DNA of 64,000 nt. Origin: Octopus vulgaris (Eukaryota). Positions 63,826-64,000 of this stretch are shown piece after piece (position 1 is the stretch's first letter; the number at the start of each line of letters is the position of its first letter). The notes under the pieces are model-generated. The model searched no databases. It was given only the letters and a program-made list of their open reading frames with translations, and was not told the origin of the DNA. A program made the translations under genes and the position numbers. The stretch is from positions 164,176,001 through 164,240,000 of the forward strand of contig OX597814.1 of assembly GCA_951406725.2 (NCBI GenBank), given 5' to 3'.

Positions 63826-64000
63826 CTCTATATTTAAGAGATGAAGAATTATTTACATTTGACGGATATTTGTCCTCATCTTTGTTTGTTGTTAACACGT
63901 TTCGGCTGATATACCCTCCAGCCTTCTTCAGGTGTCTTAGGGAAATTTCGAATTTGGGATCTTATTCCTAAGGTATTTTTTGATATTATTATTATTATTA
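63826..64000 (-). mobile_element. Penelope-like/retrozyme repeat carrying the hammerhead motif
   Basis: Shares about 70 bp with the fold-back element at 48782-48900; hammerhead core; ends in an (ATT)n tract. Confidence 0.5.
63894..63936 (-). ncRNA. Degenerate minimal hammerhead-ribozyme motif
   Basis: Minus strand reads GACAC-CUGAAGA-A-GGCUG(loop)CAGCC-GAAAC-GUGUU. Stems I and II pair, but the NUH triplet is missing. Confidence 0.6.

Noticed and set aside
60300-64000. NAGPA signal-peptide exon
   Set aside because: No ATG plus hydrophobic stretch ending in a phase-2 donor was found (the candidate donor near 62806 is not preceded by one); probably outside the window.

Overview
AT-rich, repeat-dense animal genomic DNA. 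The SINE/RTE repertoire, as I recall it, points to a cephalopod, probably Octopus (inference). Two spliced protein-coding genes lie on the minus strand. (1) A complete 3-exon FAM89/LURAP-family leucine-rich adaptor gene, CDS 30497->9611, 197 aa, with its start in a CpG-retaining region. (2) NAGPA (uncovering enzyme of the mannose-6-phosphate pathway), 10 in-phase exons 60295->38889; the signal-peptide exon was not found and probably lies beyond the window. The rest is transposon debris: tRNA-derived SINEs, RTE and CR1/Jockey-group LINE fragments, mariner/pogo/piggyBac-type MITEs, an unclassified TTAA-bounded element and microsatellites. The most interesting non-genic signals are two minimal hammerhead-ribozyme motifs (61.4 kb, 63.9 kb) and several long fold-back hairpins, one just downstream of the NAGPA stop codon. 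Together they suggest a Penelope-like/retrozyme family seeding dsRNA into host transcripts. I see no clear evidence for a wholly new protein system. All alignments were done by eye and homologue comparisons are from memory.
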